Position numbers and translations under genes: made by a program. 64,000 nucleotides of DNA from an uncultured Ruminococcus sp. (lineage in GTDB: Bacteria > Bacillota > Clostridia > Oscillospirales > CAG-272), in the NCBI GenBank assembly GCA_964621165.1, contig CAZULC010000003.1, positions 30,633 through 94,632 of the forward strand, read 5' to 3'. The notes below the pieces were generated by a model. That model was not told the origin of the DNA and made no database searches. It worked only from the letters and a program-made list of their open reading frames with translations. Positions 28,634-37,902 of the stretch are shown in pieces. Position 1 is the stretch's first letter; every line of letters begins with the position of its first letter.

Positions 28634-28702
28634 ATGACTGTTTTTAAGTATCGTATCGCACCCGCGGCCTCACTGATTATCACCTTAATTGACGATTCAT
28701 AA
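28634..28702 (+). CDS. candidate small ORF (22 aa: MTVFKYRIAPAASLIITLIDDS)
   Basis: AAAGGAG RBS 6-7 nt upstream of the ATG and ~40 nt downstream of the consensus promoter. Stop lies 31 nt before the TTG start of the first ABC gene. Below the ORF-track size cut-off. Confidence 0.35.
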   Translation: MTVFKYRIAPAASLIITLIDDS

Positions 28703-28733
28703 TACCAAAATTTAATCAAAGAAGGTGAAATAA

Positions 28734-30561
28734 TTGTTCAAGCATAAGAAAAATCCCGATACCATAATGTTCACGGAGTCTTTGCCGCTGTTCGCCGCGT
28801 CAGTCAGACGGGTTTGGCGGATGGACAGGAAGTACATCCTTTTCTCCGACTTCGTCTACCTCCTCGGCACGGTCCCGCCCCTTCTGACCGCATACATCAC
28901 TGCGGTTTTCAACAAACGTTTAATCGCAGGCTAGCAGGCTTACCCGTCGTATTTCTGCGCGTTCTACCCACTCATCATAGCTTTCGCTGTATCTGTGCTG
29001 GAATTCGTTTTTTTCATGGTATGGCAGTGGGTCGGAAACCGCACATATGACCGGATTACTTCGATTCTTATGTGGGATTCGGTGAAAAAAGCGTCAAAAA
29101 TAGATTACGCCTCCTATGACAGTCCTGAATTCTACGACCGTATACAAAAAGGCTGGTCACTGGACGGGCAGCGGTTTGTCGCCAGCGCACAGAGCATTTT
29201 CAACACGCTGTCCTGTATTGCCGGGATGGCTGCGTATGCCGCGATTTTAGCCTATGTCGACTGGAAGCTGTTTTTGGTTCTGATCCTGCTGCGGATAGCA
29301 TTCACTCCGATTGACGAGAAAACCGGCAGGATGATCTACCGTTTCAACAACAAATTAGCCGAGCAGCGGAGGAAGGAGTCGTATTACCGCAGCTTTTTCG
29401 ACAACAAGGGAATGGCAGCTGAGGGCAAAATATTCGACCTCTACAGCTACGCACGGGAAAACTACATATCGGCGAACAAAAAGATATATAAGCAAACCTT
29501 TATATTTGAGCTTAAAATCAAGGGAATAAAGCTCCTGTCCGAGGTAATGTGGAATCTGCCAATCGCGGCGGTGTACATCTACCTGTCAGTCTGCGCGTAC
29601 AACGGCACGGTCAGCCTTGGGGACATGACAATGTGCATAGCGATGTATGTCGGCTTCATCAACCAGCTCTACAACACCATTGCCAACATAACGGGATTCC
29701 GAAACGACGCGGAAAGAGCGCGGTTTTCACGGGAATTTCTCGCTCCCCCCACAACAATCTGCGCCGATGGCGACGAATCAAAGCCAAAGGTTGACTCAGG
29801 TTTTGCCGGACATACGGTGGAATTTTGCGGCGTGTCCTTCGCATATCTCGGAATCGATAAGAAGGTTCTCGACAACGTCAGCTTTAAGGTTGGCTCCAAC
29901 AAAACCGTATCCGTAATCGGCGCAAACGGCGCAGGAAAGACTACACTTGTACATCTACTCATGCGGCTGTACGACCCCACCGAAGGCGTGATTCTGCTTG
30001 ACGGCAGGGATTTGCGCGAATACTCGGCGTCGAGCCTGTACGAAATTTTCGGCGTGCTGTTTCAGGACTACTGTGACTACGCCGTGAGCGCCTGGGAGTT
30101 CGTAACTCTGTCCACTGTCGAGCTGGATGTGAGTCGATTCAGCGACGCATTAAAGTCCTCTACATCATACAAATTCATAAATTCACTCAAAAACGGCATA
30201 AATACCGCCCCTGTCAAGTAGGTTCGACCCCGACGGAATCGAGCTGTCCGGCGGTTAGAAGCATCGGGTGGCACTTGCGCGGGCATATTACAAGGACGCA
30301 CCTGTCATAGTCCTCGACGAGCCGTCAGCCTCCATTGACCCGCAATCCGAGACGGAGATTCTCGCGTCCGTGAAAATGCTCCACGGCAAGCGGAATATCT
30401 GGCTCATTTCCCACCGGCTCAGCACCTGCGTCATTTCCTATTTGGTTCTGCTGCTGAAGGACGGCAGGCTTATCGGAAACGGTTCGCACGACGAGCTGAT
30501 GGAAAACAACGACGAGTACCGCCGTATGTTCAGACTCCAAGCCGACAGATATGAGGTGTAA
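28734..30561 (+). pseudogene. ABC exporter, fused permease/ATPase (pair A, gene 1), disrupted
   Basis: TTG start behind AAGGTG. In-frame TAG at 28932-28934, a +1 frameshift near 30200-30221 (GINT|PLSSRFDPDG), and an in-frame TAG at 30256-30258 exactly at the Q of the LSGGQ signature (IELSGG*KHRVALARAYYKDAPVIVLDEPSASIDP). Walker A GANGAGKTT is present. Confidence 0.8.
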
Positions 30562-30563
30562 TT

Positions 30564-32351
30564 ATGATTAATAAAAAAGCAATATCCGCTATATCCTGAG
30601 CCTAGCATTCGACAAAAGTCTGTGGTTCATCCTGATTATCCCCGTCTGCTCCATCATCGCGGGTCAGAGAGCTGTGGCGTCCAGTTGGCTCAGCGCACAG
30701 ATTTTTAATAAGCTCCAGCTTATAGTTACGGAAAATCACGACCCGGCTCTGCTGTATGACGCCATAATTTTCGGAATCCTGCTGTCGTTCACCACAATAG
30801 TGGTATGGCTCCTTAATACCGTATCGGGTCTCACAGAAAACCACTGGCGGGAGCACGTCAACTTATAAGTGCAGGAAAAATTCCTCGAGCGGGACTATAA
30901 AAGTGACATCGCGGACTTCGACAACCCTGATTTTCAGAACCGCCGCTCCGTCACCAAGAGAGTTGACCCCATAGGCGAGATCAAAACGGTCATCGACTGC
31001 CTAAGCGGGATTTTCGCAGCCCTGTCATTCACCGTGATTCTGTGGAATTACAGCCCCATCATGTTCATCGCCGCCGTTTTTGTGAAGCTGCCCACGTATT
31101 TTCACAAAAATTCACTCATGAAGGAGCGCCGGCAGTTCCGTATTTCCTCGGATGTACTGTGGCGTGAGAAGAACTATTATCGCGGCATTCCTGTATCCCG
31201 TTAAGAAGCGAAGGGATTCAAAATCTTTGACATGAAATCCTACGTCTGCGACAAATACGACGACGCGGTTGAGCGGTATTTCAAGGCGTACAGAAGCCAG
31301 TTCGTCAAAAATAAAACGAACATCGGAATCGACGACCACTACTCCGAGCTGATTACGGTTGTCGTTGAAATTATCGTGGGAACCTCGGTTTTCACGGGGA
31401 AAATGATGGTAGGCGACTTCACCCTCGTCGTTGCCGCGTTCAATAACTTGTCAGGCTGCGTTTGGAAATCTCGTCGGATTCGCGGCACAGCTGAATGATA
31501 TGCGGGATCAAAACAATATGCTTCGTGACTACCTTGAAGACAAGGCAATTTTCGACAGAGGCGAAGAATCCGGCATGGAAGTAAAGGAAGGCGCACACAC
31601 GATTGAAGTAAGAAACCTGTGCTTCACCTACCCCGGAGGTGACAAGCCTATTTTCTCGGACCTAAGCCTGACCATCTCCGCCGGCGAGACATGTGCTCTT
31701 GTCGGACTGAACGGAAGCGGAAAGAGTACGTTTGTCAACATGCTCCTGCGACTGTACAAGCCTGACAGCTGGGAAATCCTCCTTGACGGCGTGAATATCG
31801 AAAAATACGACGTCCATTCCTACTATAAAGCGATCGCATGCGTGTTCCAGAGCACCACAAAATACGCCATGCCCATCCGTGACTACATCGCGTCGGGAAA
31901 GGACTGCGACATAGACAGAGCAAAAGCGGCGGTCAACGAGGTTAGACTGGGCGATTGGTGCAGGGAACTGCCTCACGGATTGGACACCATGCTGACCTGC
32001 CCGTTTACGTCTGAGTCCGATTCAGTGGAGCCGTCAATTGGACAATGGCAGAAGCTTTCGATTGCCCGTGCAATATACAAGGACTCGTCAATTATGATTC
32101 TAGACGAGCTATCAGCCAGCCTCGACGTTGACTCGGAAAACGTGATTTTTAGCTATATAGAGCGTCTGTTCGCTAAGAAAACGGCACTGCTGATCTCCCA
32201 CAGACTGTCAAATGTGGTCGGATGCGATAAAATCTTTCTGATCATCGGCGGTCGATTGGTAGAAGAGGGAAGTCACCGCGAGCTTATGGAAAAACGCAGA
32301 CGTTACGCCGAGTTGTTCATGTCACAGGCGGAGATGTACAAAGCCGGATAA
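30564..32351 (+). pseudogene. ABC exporter, fused permease/ATPase (pair A, gene 2), disrupted
   Basis: ATG 30564. Frameshift in the A6 run 30573-30578, in-frame TAA at 30866-30868 and at 31202-31204, and a frameshift near 31450. The NBD (GLNGSGKST ... MILDELSASLD) is otherwise readable. Confidence 0.8.
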
Positions 32352-32478
32352 AACAGGATTCACCTGAGTTTACTGTAAAATAAATCCAACTCCTGCATAT
32401 TCGTGCTGGAATTTTTGTATGAACTGCATTTTATGGTGAAAAGCACAAGCCGAAGCATAACACAGCTGTGTCTGCCTA

Positions 32479-32507
32479 TTGACATCCGCAAAAACCAATG
32501 CTATAAT
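32479..32507 (+). promoter_or_regulatory. consensus sigma-70 promoter of the two-component genes
   Basis: TTGACA (32479-32484), 17 nt, TATAAT (32502-32507). Confidence 0.7.
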
Positions 32508-32539
32508 TAATCCATAACCAAAACGAAAGAGCAGCTCCA

Positions 32540-33241
32540 ATGAACCTGAAAATAGCAATCTGCGACGACGACGCAACCCAGCGGACATATCTACAAGACA
32601 TCCTCATCCCGTGGGCAAAGCGAAACCGCCATCTTATTGAAATCAAACAATACGCAAATGCAAAACAATTCTTCTTTGACTATGATGAAGAAAAGGACTT
32701 CGACATACTTCTTCTCGACGTGGAAATGCCGGAGGTGAACGGAATTGAGGTCGCGAAACGGGTGAGAGAGAAGAATTCCACCGTCCAGATTATCTTCATC
32801 ACCGGGTATTACGAGTATTTCAGCGACGGATTTGACGTCTCAGCTCTCCATTACCTCATCAAACCCGTGGATAAAGCTAAGCTATGCCCCGTGCTGGACA
32901 AAGCTGCGGACAATCTACTCTGCCGTCAGCGTTCGGTTCTTGTCTCCACCCCGGATGAGGACATAAAAATCTCTCTCGCCGACATCTGCTACGTGAATTC
33001 GGAAAATGTCTACGTCAACGTCCACACGGTTCACGGAAATCATCGTACACGAATGACCCTCGCAAAATTCGCCGAGCAGCTTGATGGAACCTTTTTCAAA
33101 ATCCACCGCTCATACATAGTCGGGTTGAAATACGTTAAAAAAATCTCACGCAGCGAGGTCACAATGTTAAACGGCGACGTACTGCCAATCAGCCGGGGAC
33201 TGTACGACGAGATTCACGCCGCGGTAATCAAGTATCTTTGA
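32540..33241 (+). CDS. LytTR/AlgR family response regulator
   Basis: REC domain (IAICDDD...LLLDVEMPEVNGIEV) plus LytTR DNA-binding domain (FFKIHRSYIVGLKYVKKI). Confidence 0.9.
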   Translation: MNLKIAICDDDATQRTYLQDILIPWAKRNRHLIEIKQYANAKQFFFDYDEEKDFDILLLDVEMPEVNGIEVAKRVREKNSTVQIIFITGYYEYFSDGFDVSALHYLIKPVDKAKLCPVLDKAADNLLCRQRSVLVSTPDEDIKISLADICYVNSENVYVNVHTVHGNHRTRMTLAKFAEQLDGTFFKIHRSYIVGLKYVKKISRSEVTMLNGDVLPISRGLYDEIHAAVIKYL

Positions 33242-33250
33242 GGTGCATGC

Positions 33251-33895
33251 ATGATTTTAGACAAGCTAATATCAAAACGGGTCGCCGCCTTTGAACAGGA
33301 ACTTCTACAGAAGTATTACGCCGAGGTCGAGAACATGTACGACAAAATGCGCGGCTGGCGTCACGACTACCGGCACCACATCCAGACCATGAAGGTCCAC
33401 ATGGCAAACGGCGAGATTGAGGAAATCGGGCGTTATCTCGACATGCTCGACGACGACCTGACCAACGTGGAAACCGTAATCAAAACCGGCAACCGCATGG
33501 CTGACGCAATCCTCAACAGCAAGCTCTCCCTCGCCGCCCAAAAGGACATAAAGGTCAAAGCGGAGGCGAAAATCCCCGTGTCCCTTTCCGTTTCCGAGAT
33601 TGATTTGTGCGTGGTAATCGGCAACCTGCTCGACAACGCCATCGAAGCCTGCATGGAGCTTCCGCCAAAGGAGCGGCTGATTCGGATTTACATGGAGATG
33701 AAGGGAAACTATCTCTACATTGCTCTGACCAACACCGCCGCCAGAAAGAAGAAAAGCAGCTTCCGCACGACAAAGGGCGACGGTCACGGCTTCGGCATAA
33801 GCCGGGTGGACGCGGTGGTGAAGAAGTACGGCGGCTACGTCACAAGAGCGTCGGAGGACGGGGCTTTTTCCACCGAGGTCCTGCTTCCGATGTAA
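33251..33895 (+). CDS. AgrC-type (HPK10) histidine kinase core without transmembrane or sensor domain
   Basis: 214 aa. H-box WRHDYRHHIQTM, N-box IGNLLDNAIEA, G-box GDGHGFGISRV. No hydrophobic segment. Starts 10 nt after the RR stop, behind a GAGGTG RBS. Confidence 0.8.
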   Translation: MILDKLISKRVAAFEQELLQKYYAEVENMYDKMRGWRHDYRHHIQTMKVHMANGEIEEIGRYLDMLDDDLTNVETVIKTGNRMADAILNSKLSLAAQKDIKVKAEAKIPVSLSVSEIDLCVVIGNLLDNAIEACMELPPKERLIRIYMEMKGNYLYIALTNTAARKKKSSFRTTKGDGHGFGISRVDAVVKKYGGYVTRASEDGAFSTEVLLPM

Positions 33896-33921
33896 AATAA
33901 ACAAAAAAATGCAATTGACAA

Positions 33922-33978
33922 CAAATTTCAGACATTTGGCATCAAATTGCACTTTTTCATTTCCGGAAATGTTATAAT
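33922..33978 (+). promoter_or_regulatory. candidate LytTR operator (direct repeats) plus extended -10 promoter
   Basis: CAAATTTCA (33922-33930) and CAAATTGCA (33943-33951) match 8/9 and start 21 bp apart (9-bp repeat plus 12-bp spacer). TGtTATAAT at 33970-33978 lies 21 nt downstream. Confidence 0.5.
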
Positions 33979-34073
33979 GTAGTCAAGAGGTGCGGCGTGA
34001 AGATATAGTTGATCACAGTTTATTTAGCTGTCAGCCGACCGGAATTCTTTCATATCTATTTGTGGAGGAGAAA

Positions 34074-35894
34074 ATGAAAACCAAAAAAGAAAAACGAAAG
34101 TATTCACGCATTGACTCAATCCTGTTTGGAATGAAATGGATGTGGAAATTCGACAAAAGTTTTATATTCTATGTATTTTCCAACATTCCGTTAATAATAA
34201 TCATTCCCCTCGCGTCTTCCTATTTCACGAAATACCTTATAAACGCGCTGGAACGCGGGGCGGCATTCAAGGAACTCGCGCTGATTGTAGCCGGCTTCAT
34301 CGGGGGAATCATGCTTCTCAATTTTTTAGACATGCTTTTATCCACGCGCCTCGGTGCAAAAACTTATTATCCGACTATGATTTGTCAGACAGAAATGAAC
34401 GCGATTGTTAACAAAGAAAAGGACTATGAAAACACCGAAAAGCAGGATTTCAAGAAAGCATATCAATATTCTTACAATGACGCTTGCAGTGGGAACTGCG
34501 CATTGGAGACTGTCTGGAAGGATATTTCCAATTTTTTGGTCTCCCTCCTCGGAATCGGCGTGTACGGCTCACTGCTGGGACTGCTCAACCCCATACTTTT
34601 CGCTGTCGTTGTTGCTGTGTCAATTGCGTCGTACTACACAACCCGCTGGGAGAGCCTGTATTATGAAAAGCACAAGCATATGTACGAAAAGGAACAGCGC
34701 AAGCTCAGCTATCTCAAGGGACTATCGGAAAACTTTTCCGTCGCAAAGGATATAAAGCTCTACGGCATGGAGTCGTGGCTAGACAAAATGGTGCGGGATT
34801 ACCAGATCTACGTCCTCATGTGGGAGAACAGATGCAGTCTTCGGGGCGTTTTCGCTTCCATTTTTTCGGGAATCATGAGCTTTGTGCAGAACAGCGTGGC
34901 TTATATAGTACTCATCGGAACATTGTTTTCCGGAGGTATGTCAGTGGGCGACTTCGTGTTCTACTTCGGTATAGTCGGCAGCATTGCCGGATTTCTCACC
35001 GGAATCATCACAGGCATCGCAAGACTTAACAACCGCGCCGAGAAAATCGACTACTACCGGGATTTCTTCGCATATTCCAACGTAATGAACTACGGAAAAG
35101 GCTGCGAGCTGCCTGAAAGTGCGGTCAAAATCGAGCTTCGCGACGTGTGGTACCGTTACGACGGAGCCGAGGACTACACCATCAGGGGAATCAACCTGAC
35201 TATCGACTCTGGTGAGAGCCTCGCACTTGTGGGCATGAACGGCGCGGGTAAAACCACGCTAATCAAGCTCATCTGCGGCTTCTATCTTCCTACAAAGGGT
35301 GAAATCCTCGTAAACGGCAGGAAAATCGAGGAATATAACATAAACGAATACTATTCCATCATATCCGCCGTGTTCCAGAAAATCAACCCCGTCGCCTTTT
35401 CCATATTTAATTTCGTGGCGAGCTCTGACCTGACCCGGGAAAACGCCCGTGAGGAAGCAATAGACGCCATGAAGAAAGCCGGAATCTGGGAGAAAATCGA
35501 GAGTCTCGAGTACGGAATCGACACCCACCTGATGAAGGGTATATACGACGACGGCGTGGATTTGTCCGGCGGGGAAATGCAGAAGCTGGTTCTGGCGCGG
35601 GCAATCTACAAAAACGGTCACATCCTCATCCTCGACGAACCCACCGCAGCCCTCGACCCAATCGCGGAAAACAACCTGTACCTGCAATACCGCGCACTGA
35701 CAAAGGAAAAAACCTCAATCTACATCTCACACCGCTTCGCCTCCACAAAATTCTGCGATAGGATTGTACTGCTTGAGGACGGCAGAATCACGGAAAGTGG
35801 CACACATGACGAGCTGATGAATCTGAACGGACGGTACGCGTATATGTTCGGCGTTCAGGCAAAATATTACAGGGAGGGCGAAAAAAATGCTTAA
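34074..35894 (+). CDS. ABC exporter, fused permease/ATPase (pair B, gene 1), intact
   Basis: Start ATG 34074 behind GGAGGAG. 6 TM region, Walker A GMNGAGKTT, LSGGEMQKLVLARA signature, ILILDEPTAALD Walker B. Confidence 0.85.
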   Translation: MKTKKEKRKYSRIDSILFGMKWMWKFDKSFIFYVFSNIPLIIIIPLASSYFTKYLINALERGAAFKELALIVAGFIGGIMLLNFLDMLLSTRLGAKTYYPTMICQTEMNAIVNKEKDYENTEKQDFKKAYQYSYNDACSGNCALETVWKDISNFLVSLLGIGVYGSLLGLLNPILFAVVVAVSIASYYTTRWESLYYEKHKHMYEKEQRKLSYLKGLSENFSVAKDIKLYGMESWLDKMVRDYQIYVLMWENRCSLRGVFASIFSGIMSFVQNSVAYIVLIGTLFSGGMSVGDFVFYFGIVGSIAGFLTGIITGIARLNNRAEKIDYYRDFFAYSNVMNYGKGCELPESAVKIELRDVWYRYDGAEDYTIRGINLTIDSGESLALVGMNGAGKTTLIKLICGFYLPTKGEILVNGRKIEEYNINEYYSIISAVFQKINPVAFSIFNFVASSDLTRENAREEAIDAMKKAGIWEKIESLEYGIDTHLMKGIYDDGVDLSGGEMQKLVLARAIYKNGHILILDEPTAALDPIAENNLYLQYRALTKEKTSIYISHRFASTKFCDRIVLLEDGRITESGTHDELMNLNGRYAYMFGVQAKYYREGEKNA

Positions 35895-37722
35895 GGACAA
35901 CATTACACTGCGCGGACTGAAAATGTACTCCGGATATAACAAAAGATATTTCCCGCTGAAATTCATTCAGACCGTGTTCGGGAGCATCTCCCCCTACTTC
36001 AATCTGTGGATGTCCGCCCAAATCGTCACCTCGCTGTATGAAGGGAAGGAGAGGGAATACATCTTTACCCTTGTGACGATAACCCTCCTCGGTAACCTGT
36101 TTGTACATATTATGGGAGCGATTCTCGGCAGGTACGTGGGCATTGAATTCAAGAAGCTGTGCAACAATGAAAGCGCCGCCTTCAGCCATAAAACCGTGTC
36201 CCTCGATTACGATAAATTAGAGGACCCCGCTGTCCGCAAGCTGCGCAGAAAAATCATAGAAAACGCGTGTATCAACAACTACGGCGTCAAATCACTGCGC
36301 ATTAATATTGAAGGACTGTTCAACCGCTTTATAAATATTTTTTTCTCGGCGGTCCTCTTTATCGAGATGTTTTCCGAGATAGCCAAAGCGGGTTTTCAGC
36401 CCCTGTCCGTCATTCTTCTGATAGGGCTGGTCGGATTTATGGTTCTTTCAATTATATACGACAACTTTATACAAAAGCAAAAAGCGCAAACGAACAATCG
36501 GCTTGGAGACCTTCTCCTGCGCGAAAATGAGCTTGACAGAGGTCATCAGCTTGACGGAATGGACTGCCGCATATATAAGCAGCAGGATATATTGTCGCGC
36601 ATTGAAGCCAAAATAAACGAAGACCACTTTAAGATTTTTACAGCGGTAATGAAACAGAATATTAGATTCAGCTTACCGAGTTCTATTTTATATAAGGTGT
36701 CGGAGGTGTGCGCGTACCTGATAATCTGCTTATACTGCGGCATGGGTATTTTCCCAATCGGCGGCGTGATAAAGTATGTAGGGTACCTGAAACGAGTGAC
36801 CAATGATATTCAAAAAACCTTCTACCATTTTTCCGAGCTGAAAAACAACGAGCCATTCCTCAAGACCTATCTGGAATACTTTGAAATTCCAAACAGCATG
36901 TACCAAGGCTCACTGGCGGTGGAAAAACGCAGCGACAAAAAGTTCGACATAGAGTTTCGCGACGTCAGCTTCAAGTACTCCGGCTCGGACGAGTACGCGC
37001 TGAAGCATATCAATCTCAGCCTGAAGGTAGGGGAACGTCTGGCAGTGGTGGGCATGAACGGCAGCGGAAAAACTACATTTATTAAGCTTCTCTGCCGCCT
37101 GTACGACCCCACGGACGGGGAAATTCTGATGAACGACTTCAACATCCGCAAATATAACTACCGCGAGTATCTTGACATATTCTCGGTGGTGTTCCAGGAA
37201 TACACGCTTTTAGCGCTCCCCCTCGGAAACAACATCGCCTGCGATAAATCGTGGGACGAGGCAAAGGCTGAGCGGCTGATTGACGAGGTGGGCTTCGGCG
37301 GACGGTATTCGGAAATGCCGAAAAAGCTGGAAACTCCCTTGTACAAGAATTTCGACGAGGACGGCGTGAACATTTCCGGCGGTGAAGCCCAGAAAATAGC
37401 CCTCGCCCGTGCGCTGTACCGTGACTCGCCGTTTATAATCCTCGATGAACCCACGGCGGCACTGGACCCCATAGCGGAGGTGGAAATTTACTCAAAATTC
37501 GACAACATTGTCGGGGACAAGACCGCGATTTACATAAGCCATAGGTTGTCGTCATGCCGGTTCTGCGACAAAATAGCGGTGTTCGACCACGGCGAGATTG
37601 TACAGATTGGCACCCATGACGAGCTGCTCTCCGACGAAAAAGGGAAGTACTATGAGCTATGGAACGCTCAGGCGCAGTATTACACAAACCAAAAGAAAAG
37701 CGCTGTGAGTGAGATAAGCTGA
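35887..37722 (+). CDS. ABC exporter, fused permease/ATPase (pair B, gene 2), intact
   Basis: Overlaps the upstream gene by 8 nt. GMNGSGKTT, ISGGEAQKIALARA, FIILDEPTAALD. Confidence 0.85.
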   Translation: MLKDNITLRGLKMYSGYNKRYFPLKFIQTVFGSISPYFNLWMSAQIVTSLYEGKEREYIFTLVTITLLGNLFVHIMGAILGRYVGIEFKKLCNNESAAFSHKTVSLDYDKLEDPAVRKLRRKIIENACINNYGVKSLRINIEGLFNRFINIFFSAVLFIEMFSEIAKAGFQPLSVILLIGLVGFMVLSIIYDNFIQKQKAQTNNRLGDLLLRENELDRGHQLDGMDCRIYKQQDILSRIEAKINEDHFKIFTAVMKQNIRFSLPSSILYKVSEVCAYLIICLYCGMGIFPIGGVIKYVGYLKRVTNDIQKTFYHFSELKNNEPFLKTYLEYFEIPNSMYQGSLAVEKRSDKKFDIEFRDVSFKYSGSDEYALKHINLSLKVGERLAVVGMNGSGKTTFIKLLCRLYDPTDGEILMNDFNIRKYNYREYLDIFSVVFQEYTLLALPLGNNIACDKSWDEAKAERLIDEVGFGGRYSEMPKKLETPLYKNFDEDGVNISGGEAQKIALARALYRDSPFIILDEPTAALDPIAEVEIYSKFDNIVGDKTAIYISHRLSSCRFCDKIAVFDHGEIVQIGTHDELLSDEKGKYYELWNAQAQYYTNQKKSAVSEIS

Positions 37723-37804
37723 TGACCTTCCAACAATACTGCGTGTGGAGTATGAACAGCACATACTGATGCGCCTCCGCATCAACATTTTTACAAGTCA
37801 AAAA

Positions 37805-37845
37805 AGCCTGATATTGGAAATAAAACTCCTCCATCAGGTTTTTCT
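37805..37845. terminator. bidirectional terminator (ABC operon / malQ)
   Basis: CCTGAT (37807-37812) / ATCAGG (37833-37838), flanked by an A-run and T5. Confidence 0.6.
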
Positions 37846-37902
37846 GATTATAACGTCATATGTAATAACTTATATAAAAGTCCGCCGTAGAAACTGACTT
37901 GT

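Noticed and set aside
28634-28702. Calling the 22-aa ORF an AgrD-type autoinducing peptide precursor
   Set aside because: It has no Cys for thiolactone formation, no AgrB-like gene nearby, and it is much shorter than known AgrD proteins. It is kept only as an unclassified sORF.
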